A stretch of 64,000 nt of DNA, from contig JAJIZT010000002.1 of assembly GCA_029948415.1 (NCBI GenBank), positions 146,335 through 210,334 on the forward strand, in the 5' to 3' direction. Under the pieces are notes generated by a model that had not been told where the DNA came from, made no database searches, and saw only the letters and a list, made by a program, of their open reading frames with translations. Source of the DNA: Cenarchaeum symbiont of Oopsacas minuta (GTDB lineage: Archaea > Thermoproteota > Nitrososphaeria > Nitrososphaerales > Nitrosopumilaceae). Shown here one piece after another: positions 29,684 to 40,366 of the stretch (its first letter is position 1; each line of letters opens with the position of its first letter). The position numbers were made by a program, and so were the translations under genes.

Positions 29684-30152
29684 AAAAATTTATCAATAAT
29701 TCCAACACATTCACCTGCGATAATAATAAGGGCAAATTCTGTACTTTGTTGGCCGTTATGGTCGTAACGAGACGGCGCGTGAGGCATCTTGGAGGAAAAA
29801 GCACTAGTATTTACTCCCAATAGTGCAATCTTGGTGGAAAACACACTAGATACGGTCAACGTTGGATAATTGTAGTATTTTCTGCGTAAGAGATTCTCTC
29901 ATGTCAAGAAAATGAGATCACATCGTGCAAGTGCTTTGATTAAAGGTATGCACGCATACAGCATTTTGTGATATAGGTTTGGATATATCATAATTAGACG
30001 TATATCTGTCTGACTTTTATTTTATGCCATCAGTTTTCATTTGATTATTGTATCATATTGACACATTTTTGCTAGAGTATGTATCGATCAAAAGTTGTGC
30101 AACAAAATAACTCGTGATCTAGTATTTATTTAACATATATTTTACATATTCT

Positions 30153-31043
30153 ATGTCTATACAGGATTACAAAGATGCAGGTAAAATCGCTGCAGAGGTA
30201 CGTGAAAAAGCTCGAAATACAGATCACGATGGCAGAACTGTTTTAGAAGTGTGTGAGAGTATAGAGTCGGCTATATTGGATCGTGGTGCAAAATGTGCAT
30301 TTCCAGTTAATGTTAGCATAAACGAGACAGCAGCACACTATACTGCAGAACCAAACGATGAGATGGTCATAAAAGAAGGTGATCTTGTAAAACTAGACAT
30401 GGGTGCGCAGATAAACGGATACATTGCAGATACTGCCGTGACAGTATGCACTGATCCTAGACATGTATCTCTACTTGATGCTGCAGAAGATGCCCTAAAG
30501 GCTGCAATGTCAATGATTGCAGAGGATGTAAAATCAAAAGATATTGGAAAGACTATAGAAAGATCAATTAAAAATTCAGGATTCAAGCCCATAGCCAATC
30601 TAAGTGGTCACTCTCTAGACAAATATACCATACATGCTGGAAAGACAATACCCAATATGTGGTCTCTTGGCTCATTCTCTTTGAAAAAAGATGCCGCATA
30701 TGCATGCGAACCATTTGTCACATATGCAGATGGTATGGGTTTTGTAAAAGAAGGTAAGACAAAAAACATCTATTCGATCTCAAACCGCAAGAAAACAAAG
30801 GATGCCGAAGCTGATCGTATGCTAGAGTACATTTGGGACAATTACAACATGCTGCCATTTGCCGAGAGATGGCTCAGAAAAGAATGGGATAAAACTAGAG
30901 AGTTGTTGCAATTTTTGATAAAAAAGAAATGTGTAAAAGCATATCCAGTGCTTGTAGAGGCCAACGGGAAAAAAGTTGCACAGGCAGAACATACGTTTAT
31001 TCCGCAGGCAGGCGGGGTAACCGTTACTACGATGTATCCCTAA
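30153..31043 (+). CDS. map: methionine aminopeptidase type II
   Basis: AAHYT, KLDMG..GYIADTA, NLSGH, IHAG, AQAEHT. Confidence 0.95.
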   Translation: MSIQDYKDAGKIAAEVREKARNTDHDGRTVLEVCESIESAILDRGAKCAFPVNVSINETAAHYTAEPNDEMVIKEGDLVKLDMGAQINGYIADTAVTVCTDPRHVSLLDAAEDALKAAMSMIAEDVKSKDIGKTIERSIKNSGFKPIANLSGHSLDKYTIHAGKTIPNMWSLGSFSLKKDAAYACEPFVTYADGMGFVKEGKTKNIYSISNRKKTKDAEADRMLEYIWDNYNMLPFAERWLRKEWDKTRELLQFLIKKKCVKAYPVLVEANGKKVAQAEHTFIPQAGGVTVTTMYP

Positions 31044-31215
31044 TTTGGCCGTATATACGATCTATACGTGTGGAGTTTTTACATAAATTACACGGTTTGC
31101 CATCAGAGAACAACACATCTCCTAATACAAAGTCACGTTTGTGCTCGTTGCCACATGTGGTACATTTTTCAATTGTCTTGGCATCTCGTATCTCTTTTTT
31201 TTTACGCCAAAACAT
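31027..31215 (-). CDS. small Zn-ribbon protein
   Basis: CTTC...CNLC; directly follows the upstream gene. Confidence 0.7.
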   Translation of the reverse strand: MFWRKKKEIRDAKTIEKCTTCGNEHKRDFVLGDVLFSDGKPCNLCKNSTRIDRIYGQIRDTS

Positions 31216-32328
31216 CTATGGTACCCCCGATGTGTTTCCAACACCTATTATTATTGCATCTCCTCCATTTGGTACAGTCTCTTGTAGCGCATGCCTTGTC
31301 TGCATCAGTGTATCATTCATTGTATCAGATATCTCTTTTGTCATTAGAGTAAGTGATTCTTTTATTGATTGTTTTACAACCACTGCATGCATTGGAATTC
31401 CTAAATTTGTGGCAGTCTCTTCTATCTGAAACCTCTCGGTTCCTATTCCACCCATCGCTATACCAAATCCTCTAGCAATCTCCCCAGTATCTTCACCTTC
31501 AAGTTTCTTTGCAGCATCAACTGTTATGATTGCAGATGGTTTACCATATTTTGATATTGCAAAATCTATTGCATCAGCTATTCGGCCAACATTAGACATT
31601 GGTCCACGTGCTTTAATGATGCATACGTTACGTCCATCGATTTTTGTCCGACACATATCTGTCTCTTTTGATGCGTTTATTCTTTCTAGCCCATACATCA
31701 TCTTTGCTGTAACAAATGGCCCTATTCCATCTCCAATTGGTTGGCCTAGATTGAATGCTTCAAGTGCATCATACATTGCTTGAGCTTCTTCCATCACAGT
31801 AGGTAAGACCATCTGCAGTGGAAGTATGAGTGGATAGTTGTGCTGTTTTTTTGCTGTAAGGAATAGATGATTGACCATCTTGTGTATCATCTGTAGAGAG
31901 ATTGCAAGCTCTACAAGTGTCTGCATCTTTGATATCTGCACCTCGTCTGCATCAGGCAAGATATTCGTTATTCTAGTGCGTATTGCATCTTCTTTTGAAC
32001 GCATCAAATGTCTAACTTTTGGTACCAATCCTGTAGGATCCATATCTATTGGAAATACTGTAAAATAGTCTGCAAGTAAAGATGCATTCTCGGAACTTCC
32101 TTTGTGTACACTGTTTGCATACTCTGCAAGTTGTTTACGCGACTCTTTACGCAGTATGTATAATTTTTCAATATTTTTTTTTATCTCTCTAGACGTTACT
32201 GACAGCTGTATACGCTGACCATACATGACAAATATGAACAACGGGAGAATCCATATCAAAGTAAGGAGTAGATCAGAGTCAGATGGCGTAAAAAGCATAT
32301 CCAAATCCGGTACTGAGAAATTCATCAT
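31216..32328 (-). CDS. DUF1512-like conserved archaeal protein
   Basis: N-terminal TM; PIGDGIGP, VDAAKKLEGE, GVGNT. Confidence 0.8.
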   Translation of the reverse strand: MMNFSVPDLDMLFTPSDSDLLLTLIWILPLFIFVMYGQRIQLSVTSREIKKNIEKLYILRKESRKQLAEYANSVHKGSSENASLLADYFTVFPIDMDPTGLVPKVRHLMRSKEDAIRTRITNILPDADEVQISKMQTLVELAISLQMIHKMVNHLFLTAKKQHNYPLILPLQMVLPTVMEEAQAMYDALEAFNLGQPIGDGIGPFVTAKMMYGLERINASKETDMCRTKIDGRNVCIIKARGPMSNVGRIADAIDFAISKYGKPSAIITVDAAKKLEGEDTGEIARGFGIAMGGIGTERFQIEETATNLGIPMHAVVVKQSIKESLTLMTKEISDTMNDTLMQTRHALQETVPNGGDAIIIGVGNTSGVP

Positions 32329-32452
32329 TGTTTGACTCTTTTTTCCAAATTAAACTGTTCGTAGTAAAGTATGAATGATGATCTCATCAATGTGTGTTTA
32401 TCGTGCCTCTCACCTCATGATTCTTTTTATTATAGTGCAAGCTTGATAGTAT

Positions 32453-33013
32453 ATGCCACAGACTAAACCGATAATTAGTATTGAAAACGTGGTAGCATCT
32501 GCATCAGTAGATCAAAAGATGGATTTGAATGTAATCACAAAGAATTTTCCAAATGTAGAGTATCATCCAGATCAATTCCCTGGACTAGTCTTTCGACTCT
32601 CAAACCCAAAGACTGCTACTCTGATATTTACCTCTGGTAAGATGGTCTGCACAGGTTCAAAGTCAGAAGATCTAGCAAGAAAGGCAGTAAAGACTGTAGT
32701 AGATAAACTTCGCAAGGGTGGGATAAAGGTCAAAAAAAATGCAACCGTAGACATTCAAAATATCGTCGCATCCATAAACTTGGGAGGTAGAATACATCTA
32801 GAAGATGCAGCAAGAACACTGCCACGTAGCATGTATGAACCAGAACAGTTTCCTGGACTCATACATCGTATGGTAGATCCAAAGACTGTGATATTGATCT
32901 TTTCTTCAGGTAAACTTGTCTGTACTGGAGCTAAAAAAGAACCCGATGTATACAGGTCCGTAAACAATCTTCATGCCATGTTGGAAAAAAAGGATCTCAT
33001 GGTGTATACATGA
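32453..33013 (+). CDS. tbp: TATA-box-binding protein
   Basis: Two repeats NVVAS/NIVAS, QFPGL, LIF.SGK.VCTG. Confidence 0.97.
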   Translation: MPQTKPIISIENVVASASVDQKMDLNVITKNFPNVEYHPDQFPGLVFRLSNPKTATLIFTSGKMVCTGSKSEDLARKAVKTVVDKLRKGGIKVKKNATVDIQNIVASINLGGRIHLEDAARTLPRSMYEPEQFPGLIHRMVDPKTVILIFSSGKLVCTGAKKEPDVYRSVNNLHAMLEKKDLMVYT

Positions 33014-33015
33014 TA

Positions 33016-33339
33016 TCATTTTATTCGTGTGCCATCAGGTACATCACCTTGTGGGGCAAGCCAAAATGGCATACCGTCAACATCTGCTGCAAGTAACATT
33101 GCCTCAGATAACACTCCAGCTATATTTTTTGGCTCTAGATTAGTAACAGCCACTGCTTGTCTTCCAATTAGACTAGTAGGATCGAATTTGTCAACTCCTC
33201 CAACGATTACCTGCAATCTCCTCTCTCCCACATCTATCATACCTTTTGCTATACGCGTCTTACCTGCGATAGGTTCAATCGAGGTTATGCGAACTGTATT
33301 AATCTCTAATTTTGCAAAATCATCATATGTTACAGTCAT
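33016..33339 (-). CDS. tRNA-binding OB-fold protein (Trbp111/CsaA-like)
   Basis: YDDFAKL, NLEPK..GVLSEAMLLAA. Confidence 0.88.
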   Translation of the reverse strand: MTVTYDDFAKLEINTVRITSIEPIAGKTRIAKGMIDVGERRLQVIVGGVDKFDPTSLIGRQAVAVTNLEPKNIAGVLSEAMLLAADVDGMPFWLAPQGDVPDGTRIK

Positions 33340-33380
33340 GCCATATACAATCTAGTGTCATCTATAAACTGTCCTCAAGA

Positions 33381-33593
33381 TTAGATCTTTTCTTGCATAG
33401 CATCAGAGGTCTCTATCTCGTATCGAATGTCTGCTGGTAGTTGTGAATATTTTACAGAGATCATCTCAGATATCAGTTCTTCTGGAGTATCTACTAGTCG
33501 AAGTAGTTTTGCACGCCCATCGGCAAACGAGTTTGTCCAAAATTTGTTGGCATCAAATGTCCCTATTTTTGGAAGATATCTAAAAGATCCCAT
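33381..33593 (-). CDS. hypothetical protein
   Basis: 70-aa ORF filling the intergenic space. Confidence 0.6.
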   Translation of the reverse strand: MGSFRYLPKIGTFDANKFWTNSFADGRAKLLRLVDTPEELISEMISVKYSQLPADIRYEIETSDAMQEKI

Positions 33594-33642
33594 ATATCAT
33601 GCAAGTACATAATGATATATAATAATTGGTGCAAGCATACGT

Positions 33643-34071
33643 ATGGCACTCATAGAATCATCTGTGACAATATCAGCTCCAGCAGATATAGTATGGAAGA
33701 TTGTATCGGATGTAGACTCTGAGCCAAAGTACTGGAAGGGGACAAAGAGCGTCAAAAATATATCTCGTGATGGGAATACAATACACCGTGAAGTTGTTAT
33801 AGCATTCAGAGATAAAAGATGCAAACAGAGAGTAGAGATCATACCCAACGAATGCATAAAGATTACATTCACCGAGGGAATCATAATTGGGACAAAGACT
33901 ATCATGATTCGCACAGTTGACTCTCAGCTAGTACTCGAGACGGTTTGGGATATAAAGATCTCAGGAATGCTTGGAATGTTTACAGGTATGCTAACCAAAC
34001 ACATCAGAGGCGGTACCGAGCAAGCCCTAAATGCAATAAAAAAGGATGCAGAGGATGCATGCTCGCAATAG
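33643..34071 (+). CDS. SRPBCC/polyketide cyclase-like protein
   Basis: IESSVTISAPADIVWKIVSD..PKYW. Confidence 0.85.
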   Translation: MALIESSVTISAPADIVWKIVSDVDSEPKYWKGTKSVKNISRDGNTIHREVVIAFRDKRCKQRVEIIPNECIKITFTEGIIIGTKTIMIRTVDSQLVLETVWDIKISGMLGMFTGMLTKHIRGGTEQALNAIKKDAEDACSQ

Positions 34072-35258
34072 AGATAATATATTATATTTTATCTGGTTTT
34101 ATGGTATTGGTTTTTTTCACATGGATATCTCTTCTCAAAACCATGATAATGGATCATAAAAAAACTCCAAAACTGAACACCAGATATATGCCAAAGATGG
34201 ATGATAAAGTCTCTGTGATACTTCCAGCTCGCAATGAAAGAGAGCACATTAGAAAATGTCTTGAATCGCTTGCCGTACAAGATTATAAAAATTACGAAAT
34301 TATTGCCATAGATGACTCTTCAGATGATGGTACAGGCAAGATTATAGATGATATGGCAAAAAAATACAAAAAGATCATACATGTAAAAGCAGGGCCAAAA
34401 CCAGATGGATGGTTGGGAAAAAATTGGCCATGTGCGCAAGGTCGCAAACGTGCATCAGGTAAATTGTTATTCTTTACAGATGCAGATACAATACATTCAC
34501 CACGCGCTACATCGATGGCCGTCTCTTATATGATCTCAGAGGGTCTTGATGCAGTCACAGTTATGCCAAAGCTTCTCAGCATGGATTTTCTAACAGCAGT
34601 TACAATGCCAATGATCACCGTATTTTTGAACACCATCTATTCGGCAGCAAAGGTAAATGATCCATCAAATAGTACAGGATATTTTTATGGGAGTTTTTTT
34701 ATAATGAATGCTCACGCATACGATGACATTGGAGGGCATTATACGACTCGTGGTGAGATGATAGAGGATGGCGTATTGGGCAGATTGGTAAAAAATTCAA
34801 GATACAAGATGCGCATCATCTCTGGTCGAAACGAGGTGAGTGCAATATGGGCACGAGATCGCATAACGCTTTGGAATGCCATAAAACGGCTGATCGTTCC
34901 TATCGCAGTATCAAATCAACGTCATGCAATAGGCATAACTATAGCTGTGGCATTTCTCATGTTTATTCCATTTTTACTTGCACCATACGCACTAGTATCA
35001 CCACTAGATGGACTGCATTCATATACACTACTTGCATCCTCGCTAGCATCAATCATTATGGCATTTCTCACGGCTGCAGTAGATTCAAAGATACTTGGAC
35101 GTAGAATTTTATATTCAATATTTGCTCCCTTGGGTGGAGCAATAGTCACATTTGGATTTTTGGCCGGAGCCCTCATCCCAAACGGTGGCAGTGTCTCATG
35201 GCGCGGTACAAAGTATTCAAATACTGACTGTAAAAAGAGCACTCCGAATCTCTACTAG
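34059..35258 (+). CDS. GT2 membrane glycosyltransferase
   Basis: ILPARNE, DDSSDDGT, GWLGK, FTDAD, IED; C-terminal TMs; start placed at MLAIE. Confidence 0.9.
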   Translation: MLAIEIIYYILSGFMVLVFFTWISLLKTMIMDHKKTPKLNTRYMPKMDDKVSVILPARNEREHIRKCLESLAVQDYKNYEIIAIDDSSDDGTGKIIDDMAKKYKKIIHVKAGPKPDGWLGKNWPCAQGRKRASGKLLFFTDADTIHSPRATSMAVSYMISEGLDAVTVMPKLLSMDFLTAVTMPMITVFLNTIYSAAKVNDPSNSTGYFYGSFFIMNAHAYDDIGGHYTTRGEMIEDGVLGRLVKNSRYKMRIISGRNEVSAIWARDRITLWNAIKRLIVPIAVSNQRHAIGITIAVAFLMFIPFLLAPYALVSPLDGLHSYTLLASSLASIIMAFLTAAVDSKILGRRILYSIFAPLGGAIVTFGFLAGALIPNGGSVSWRGTKYSNTDCKKSTPNLY

Positions 35259-35299
35259 TCTCAAGATTTAAAGATGGTGCATAAGTGGAGATTTTTGTA

Positions 35300-35545
35300 A
35301 TGCATGTTGGATATGTCCTAGTAAATTGTGATCTTGGAGCAGAAGAGTATGTCGCAGATGAGATTCGCAAGATTCCACAAGTATCTAGCACTTCACTTAC
35401 TTTTGGTGCATATGATATTGTCGTAAAGATACATGCAATAGATCAAGACGAATTTGATCATGCAGTGGCAGAAAATATGCGTTCCATCTCTAGGGTTGTG
35501 AGTATAATGACACTCAATGTTACAGATTTGGATGTACAATCATGA
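35300..35545 (+). CDS. Lrp/AsnC ligand-binding domain protein
   Basis: YVLVNC, FGAYDIVVKI. Confidence 0.85.
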   Translation: MHVGYVLVNCDLGAEEYVADEIRKIPQVSSTSLTFGAYDIVVKIHAIDQDEFDHAVAENMRSISRVVSIMTLNVTDLDVQS

Positions 35546-35835
35546 GCGCAAATGAAAAGATAGAATACAAAGGAAAGGTATGGCTTATCGATAACAATAA
35601 TCCAAAACCACTCTTAAACCACAGCGTAGAAAAATTGATAGAGTATGGGGTAACAAAAGATGCAATCACCATCACAGATGCGCCAACTAATATAAACGTC
35701 GGAGAGATCGTCGTCAAGATTTGGCCACATCATTTAGAAGTTGGAAGGGTGCGAACTATACGAAATGAATCATTTATCAGTGGAATGGTTATGAATATTG
35801 ATTTAAAGATGGATGAGACTGGCGCATATGTCTAG
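35542..35835 (+). CDS. hypothetical protein
   Basis: ATGA overlap with the upstream gene. Confidence 0.7.
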   Translation: MSANEKIEYKGKVWLIDNNNPKPLLNHSVEKLIEYGVTKDAITITDAPTNINVGEIVVKIWPHHLEVGRVRTIRNESFISGMVMNIDLKMDETGAYV

Positions 35836-38800
35836 GCGTTTTGTGTAACTGCAGGCAAACGTTTGTCCTTGTATCGTACCACCTGCGAGGCAGCATCTCC
35901 TTTACGAGGATATACACCGTATATCAAAGATGCTTTTGAGACGATCGAATCTTTTAGCGATACTACGATGAATTGACTCTCCTTTGAGCGTATCTCGAGT
36001 ATCTTTGAGAGCCTCTCTGCGTTTGGCGCATCAAGATGTGCATCCACCTCATCAAAGAGGTAAAATGGAGATGGTTTTAGCTTTTGAAGTGCAAGTACAA
36101 ATACAATGGCAGCAAGGGTCTTTTCTCCTCCGCTGATGGACGTAGATTCACGCTTTGGCTTGTTTGCAAATTGGAGTATGTATGAGATTCCAGAATTAAA
36201 TATATCATCCTCGTTTTGAAGCTCTAGCCACGCGCTACCACCAGTCATCTTTGAAAACGTGGTGCGTATCTGTTTGTCTACAACATCAAATGCGTTAAGA
36301 AAGGTCTGGCGCTTGTCACGTTCGATCTCTTCAATGAACCGCACTATAGAGTTACGTTCTCCTTCCAACATATTTTTGCGCATCGACATTGAACGGTACC
36401 CTTTGGAGATCTCAGCGTATGTACTAGGCGCCGTTGCATTTAATGCACCAAGCGAACGTTGTTCTGCTTCAAGCTGGAGTAGTAGCGGTTCTGGATCGTA
36501 CTCGGAATCGTATGTGCGATTACCACCAAACGAATCTAGTTTCTTTTTTAATGCAGTTAGGCGAATGTTTATTTCAGATATATCGCGCTCTAGTCCATCA
36601 GTGCGTCGGATTGCCTTTGTTCTTGAATTCATAGATTCACTCTCTCTTATACGAACCTCACGTACACGCTTGTCATACACTTCAAGGTCTGCAGTTGATC
36701 CACCCTGTCCTTCGATCAATCTTTGTTCGCCTTGACGCATATTTACTAGAATTTTACGCTCTTTGTCTGATTTTATCTCCATCTCTTTTATGCGTACGAC
36801 AAGATTTGTATCCTCACTTGATAGAGATTCGATCTCTTTTGTAGAGAGCAAGATAGATTCAACGTGCCTTGAAATTTCTGCGTCAAGTTTTTCCCCACTA
36901 GATGAAACTTTTCCATACTCTTTTAGAATGTTGGAATATTCTTTATCAAGTGTAGATTTTTCCTCGTTTGCTTTATGTAGATCCAACTCTATTGATTCAA
37001 TGCCGACGTTGGTGCGGATCTCTTTTAGTCTTGCAGCTTTGGACTGTAATAATTCTATTTTTGGACCATGTTTGCCTAGTTCTGATTCATAGATGGTATG
37101 TGCATTCTCTATTTCATTCATACGTCCTTTGATAGAATCATGTAACATTATTGCATTTTTTATGTTATTTTCAAGATCATTGTAACTATCTTGCGCTTTA
37201 ATCATTCCTGCTTTTGAAGCGTGCAAGAGTGCCTCTCTATCAGATATTGATGAATCTACTTTTCGCATAGCCGTTTTTTTAAAAATGATATGTCTTTTGA
37301 GCAAGGATACAGATTCAAGTAATCCTTTAACTGACATGCTCATAGATATGATGCTAGTAATCTTGGATATGCGTGAGTTTATGTCAACAATGACTGCAGA
37401 AGAGTTTGGTTTAAAGAAATCCCCATTCATTGTAACCACCCTATATCCTAAATTAGATGCCTTGTGTGCAGCATTGTTGGATGTGGCAACTGCAACGTTT
37501 CCAAATAGAAATTCTGCCAAATGTCGATGATCCTCCAAACATGTTATATGATCAGAGAGCATTCCAGTTATTCCATCAGAATTCAAGGTTGCTTTTTCAA
37601 CTGTAGAGAGGGCATCGAGTGGAATTATCTTGACTTTTGGGAGTTTTTGCTCTCGTACATATTCGGCAAGTGCCACCAAGGTCTCAAAATCGCGCACCAC
37701 AATTGCCTTTACCCATTCAGAACCAGAAGCCATGATTGCACGCTCGTATTTTTCATCCCACGAGAGTAGCTCGTATACAAGTCCGATAATTCCAAGTTTT
37801 GAGGCGTGCTCTTTGAGTTTTGCTACAGAGTAATCCTCATGCATGAGATTTTTTACAGTGTTTATCTTTGAATCATATTTTGTTCCTGCCTTTAATGATT
37901 TTTCAAGTATGATCTCTAGATCTTCTAGTTCATGCTCTGCTTTTGCTTTTTTCGCCTTTAATGTTGATATTAGAGATGAGATATTTGCCACGTCGCTTTC
38001 GTGACTTTTACGTATAGATGTCACACTCTCTTGTAGGGTGCGTAATTTTTCTATATTTTGTACGCATTTGTTTATCTTTGTTTTATTTGCCGCTTTTTTT
38101 GCAGTGCATTCAGATGCGCCGTTTTTAGCTTTTATGAGTACAAGTTCTTCATCGTGCAACAAAGATGTGATCTCTTGTAGGTTTTTGTCTACTTGTTTGC
38201 GATGTTTTGCTTCTGCAGATTGTCTTTGTAAAATTTTTGTTCGTCGTTCATCTGACTCTGCAACAAGTTTTGCAACGCGGTTACGTTTTGATTCTAATTT
38301 TCCAAGTAACTCATATGTAGTATGTGCATTTGACTCTGCTGTTATCTTTAGTTTGTTCGCATTTTGTAATTTTTCTTTTAAATCTCTTGTACGATCTTTA
38401 ATCTGCTCTATGCGTTTTTTACTAACTGCCAAAATGGCTCGTGTCTCTTCAAAAGATCCCATTGCATTTGAGAGCTGTTTATCAATATGGGATTTTTCCT
38501 TGTTGTATTCATTCATCTTTGTAAGGAATTGGGATTTTTCTGATTCTATTGATCTTGACTCTGTTCGAATTTTTTCTAGATTTTGCTCTATAGACTTTAC
38601 ATTTACTGATAGTGATTGCAAGGTTTGTGATTTTTCATTCTTTATTACATCTAGTTTGTGTATTTTGCCAGCTGTGAATTCTGCTTGTAGTTTTATAATC
38701 TCAGATTCCATATAATTATGACGCATCTGTAGGTTTCGCTGTATCTCTAGATCGTCTATCTGTTTTTTTATCTGTATCATGGTGGCAAAGGCAACGTTTA

Positions 38801-39368
38801 GTTTATTGTCTGCAGCCTCTAGCTGTTTTTGTGCAGCTGTTTTTTTTTCATCAAATGTAGACATGCCTATCAAATCTTCAATCGCACGGCGTTTCTCTTC
38901 AGAGGTAAACTCGGATATGCGTGTAACTGTACCCTGTTGTACTGCATTTAGCTGATGTAGGCCAGCATTTGCCATCTCTAATAGATCTACCACGTGTGTG
39001 CGTTGGGTTTTTTTCTTGTTGATATAATAGACATTATCACCACCAACTGAGAGCTCTCGAGTAATCTCTACGGCATCAGAATCAAATGGAATCTTTCTAT
39101 CAGAGTTGTCAAAATGTATGCTTACACGAGCCATGCGCGTATTTCCTCTAGAGGATGAAACATCATGTATGAGGGATCTGATCTTGTCTACTCTCATTAC
39201 CTTTGGTCTCATCTCACCGCTTGCAAATATGATAGCATCAAGTATGTTGCTTTTTCCTGATCCGTTGGGTCCAGATATTGACACAAGGCCTGGTCTAAAG
39301 TCAACTATTGTGTTACGAAATCCAAAAGATTTGAATCCAAATATCTCAACTTTACGTATATGCACCAT
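35832..39368 (-). CDS. smc: chromosome segregation protein SMC
   Basis: GFKSF, GPNGSGKSN, coiled coils, hinge, SGGEK, LFDEVDAHLD. Confidence 0.97.
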   Translation of the reverse strand: MVHIRKVEIFGFKSFGFRNTIVDFRPGLVSISGPNGSGKSNILDAIIFASGEMRPKVMRVDKIRSLIHDVSSSRGNTRMARVSIHFDNSDRKIPFDSDAVEITRELSVGGDNVYYINKKKTQRTHVVDLLEMANAGLHQLNAVQQGTVTRISEFTSEEKRRAIEDLIGMSTFDEKKTAAQKQLEAADNKLNVAFATMIQIKKQIDDLEIQRNLQMRHNYMESEIIKLQAEFTAGKIHKLDVIKNEKSQTLQSLSVNVKSIEQNLEKIRTESRSIESEKSQFLTKMNEYNKEKSHIDKQLSNAMGSFEETRAILAVSKKRIEQIKDRTRDLKEKLQNANKLKITAESNAHTTYELLGKLESKRNRVAKLVAESDERRTKILQRQSAEAKHRKQVDKNLQEITSLLHDEELVLIKAKNGASECTAKKAANKTKINKCVQNIEKLRTLQESVTSIRKSHESDVANISSLISTLKAKKAKAEHELEDLEIILEKSLKAGTKYDSKINTVKNLMHEDYSVAKLKEHASKLGIIGLVYELLSWDEKYERAIMASGSEWVKAIVVRDFETLVALAEYVREQKLPKVKIIPLDALSTVEKATLNSDGITGMLSDHITCLEDHRHLAEFLFGNVAVATSNNAAHKASNLGYRVVTMNGDFFKPNSSAVIVDINSRISKITSIISMSMSVKGLLESVSLLKRHIIFKKTAMRKVDSSISDREALLHASKAGMIKAQDSYNDLENNIKNAIMLHDSIKGRMNEIENAHTIYESELGKHGPKIELLQSKAARLKEIRTNVGIESIELDLHKANEEKSTLDKEYSNILKEYGKVSSSGEKLDAEISRHVESILLSTKEIESLSSEDTNLVVRIKEMEIKSDKERKILVNMRQGEQRLIEGQGGSTADLEVYDKRVREVRIRESESMNSRTKAIRRTDGLERDISEINIRLTALKKKLDSFGGNRTYDSEYDPEPLLLQLEAEQRSLGALNATAPSTYAEISKGYRSMSMRKNMLEGERNSIVRFIEEIERDKRQTFLNAFDVVDKQIRTTFSKMTGGSAWLELQNEDDIFNSGISYILQFANKPKRESTSISGGEKTLAAIVFVLALQKLKPSPFYLFDEVDAHLDAPNAERLSKILEIRSKESQFIVVSLKDSIVSKASLIYGVYPRKGDAASQVVRYKDKRLPAVTQNA

Positions 39369-40036
39369 GGTTTATCAGATAACATACTATATCATAGACC
39401 ATATTTAACAATATTTCTTGACCGTTAAAGACAAAATATTGATCGTACTGAAAAATTTCACGAGTTTGTTAGAGTACGCGATCAAATGTTAAAACTAGCG
39501 ATCAAAAGTTATTTTTGTATATTTAACAGTCATTTCAGTAAAGCTAGAATTCTAGATGCTGAAAATTAATATCGATAATCTCCAACTCGTTTCTTTTGTG
39601 CCGACTTTTTTCATGCATGTATTTTTTGCACTTGTTTTATAGCGCCATTGAATGAAAAATATGTCTTCAAAAAAAATAGATTTCATGTTAAAGAAAAATG
39701 TCGCTAGTTCAAGTATTATCAAGATACAGGATCATTGGGTAGAGAAAACAGAATCAATGCATATCCGCCTATTAAAGATGGACTCGATTGAAAATGAGTT
39801 ATTGTAGTAGATAAATTCGTGTCCACATCATCTTTACAAACTACAAGATAGATTGATTCTTTTTGATCCTAGAAGAGATGTTATTTTTAGAGGTTTGGAT
39901 AAATTCATCAAGTATTACAATGTGGATTCATCTTTCATTGTAGAGATGAAATTGAGATATAATAATCGGGAAGATGATTTGTTTGAGATTTTGACGCGAT
40001 ATATATCAGAGTGATATATTGACTTTTTCATAACCC

Positions 40037-40113
40037 TTAGTCTGTTGCAAGCTTCCTAATATTGAAAATGTCAGAGTATGATTTTGATATAAAAACTCGA
40101 GTTATGCAACTAA
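40037..40113. mobile_element. about 78-bp MITE-like repeat, family Y copy 1
   Basis: Inverted homologue of 55399-55476. Confidence 0.7.
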
Positions 40114-40366
40114 GTACATAACCCTGCCTAGAATACTTTACCAAAAAACAAAAAGATCAGTAATAACTCATTACAATTATTGGCATATATCAAAGATGGA
40201 AAATACATCTATACGCTTCCGATGAATTCATTGCACATTACAATTACACCAAGAATACATGTGAAATGATGGTTTGATCTTAAGTTACAAAGATCAAGAT
40301 GGATGATGTGAACGAGTGGAAGATGTTGATATAGAATGTAGTTTGTATACATATGAATTATTGACA

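Larger units (their letters stand above)
24915..29900. mobile_element. integrative element 2 (tandem, more decayed); right boundary not found
   Basis: Second integrase pseudogene positioned next to the att repeat in the same way as element 1. Confidence 0.55.

Noticed and set aside
39400..40020. ORF-poor region upstream of smc with GCGATCAAA repeats and a short ORF at 39661
   Set aside because: Only two 9-bp repeats, no ORB-like motif or cdc6 nearby, and no recognisable product; possibly a decayed gene but unsupported.
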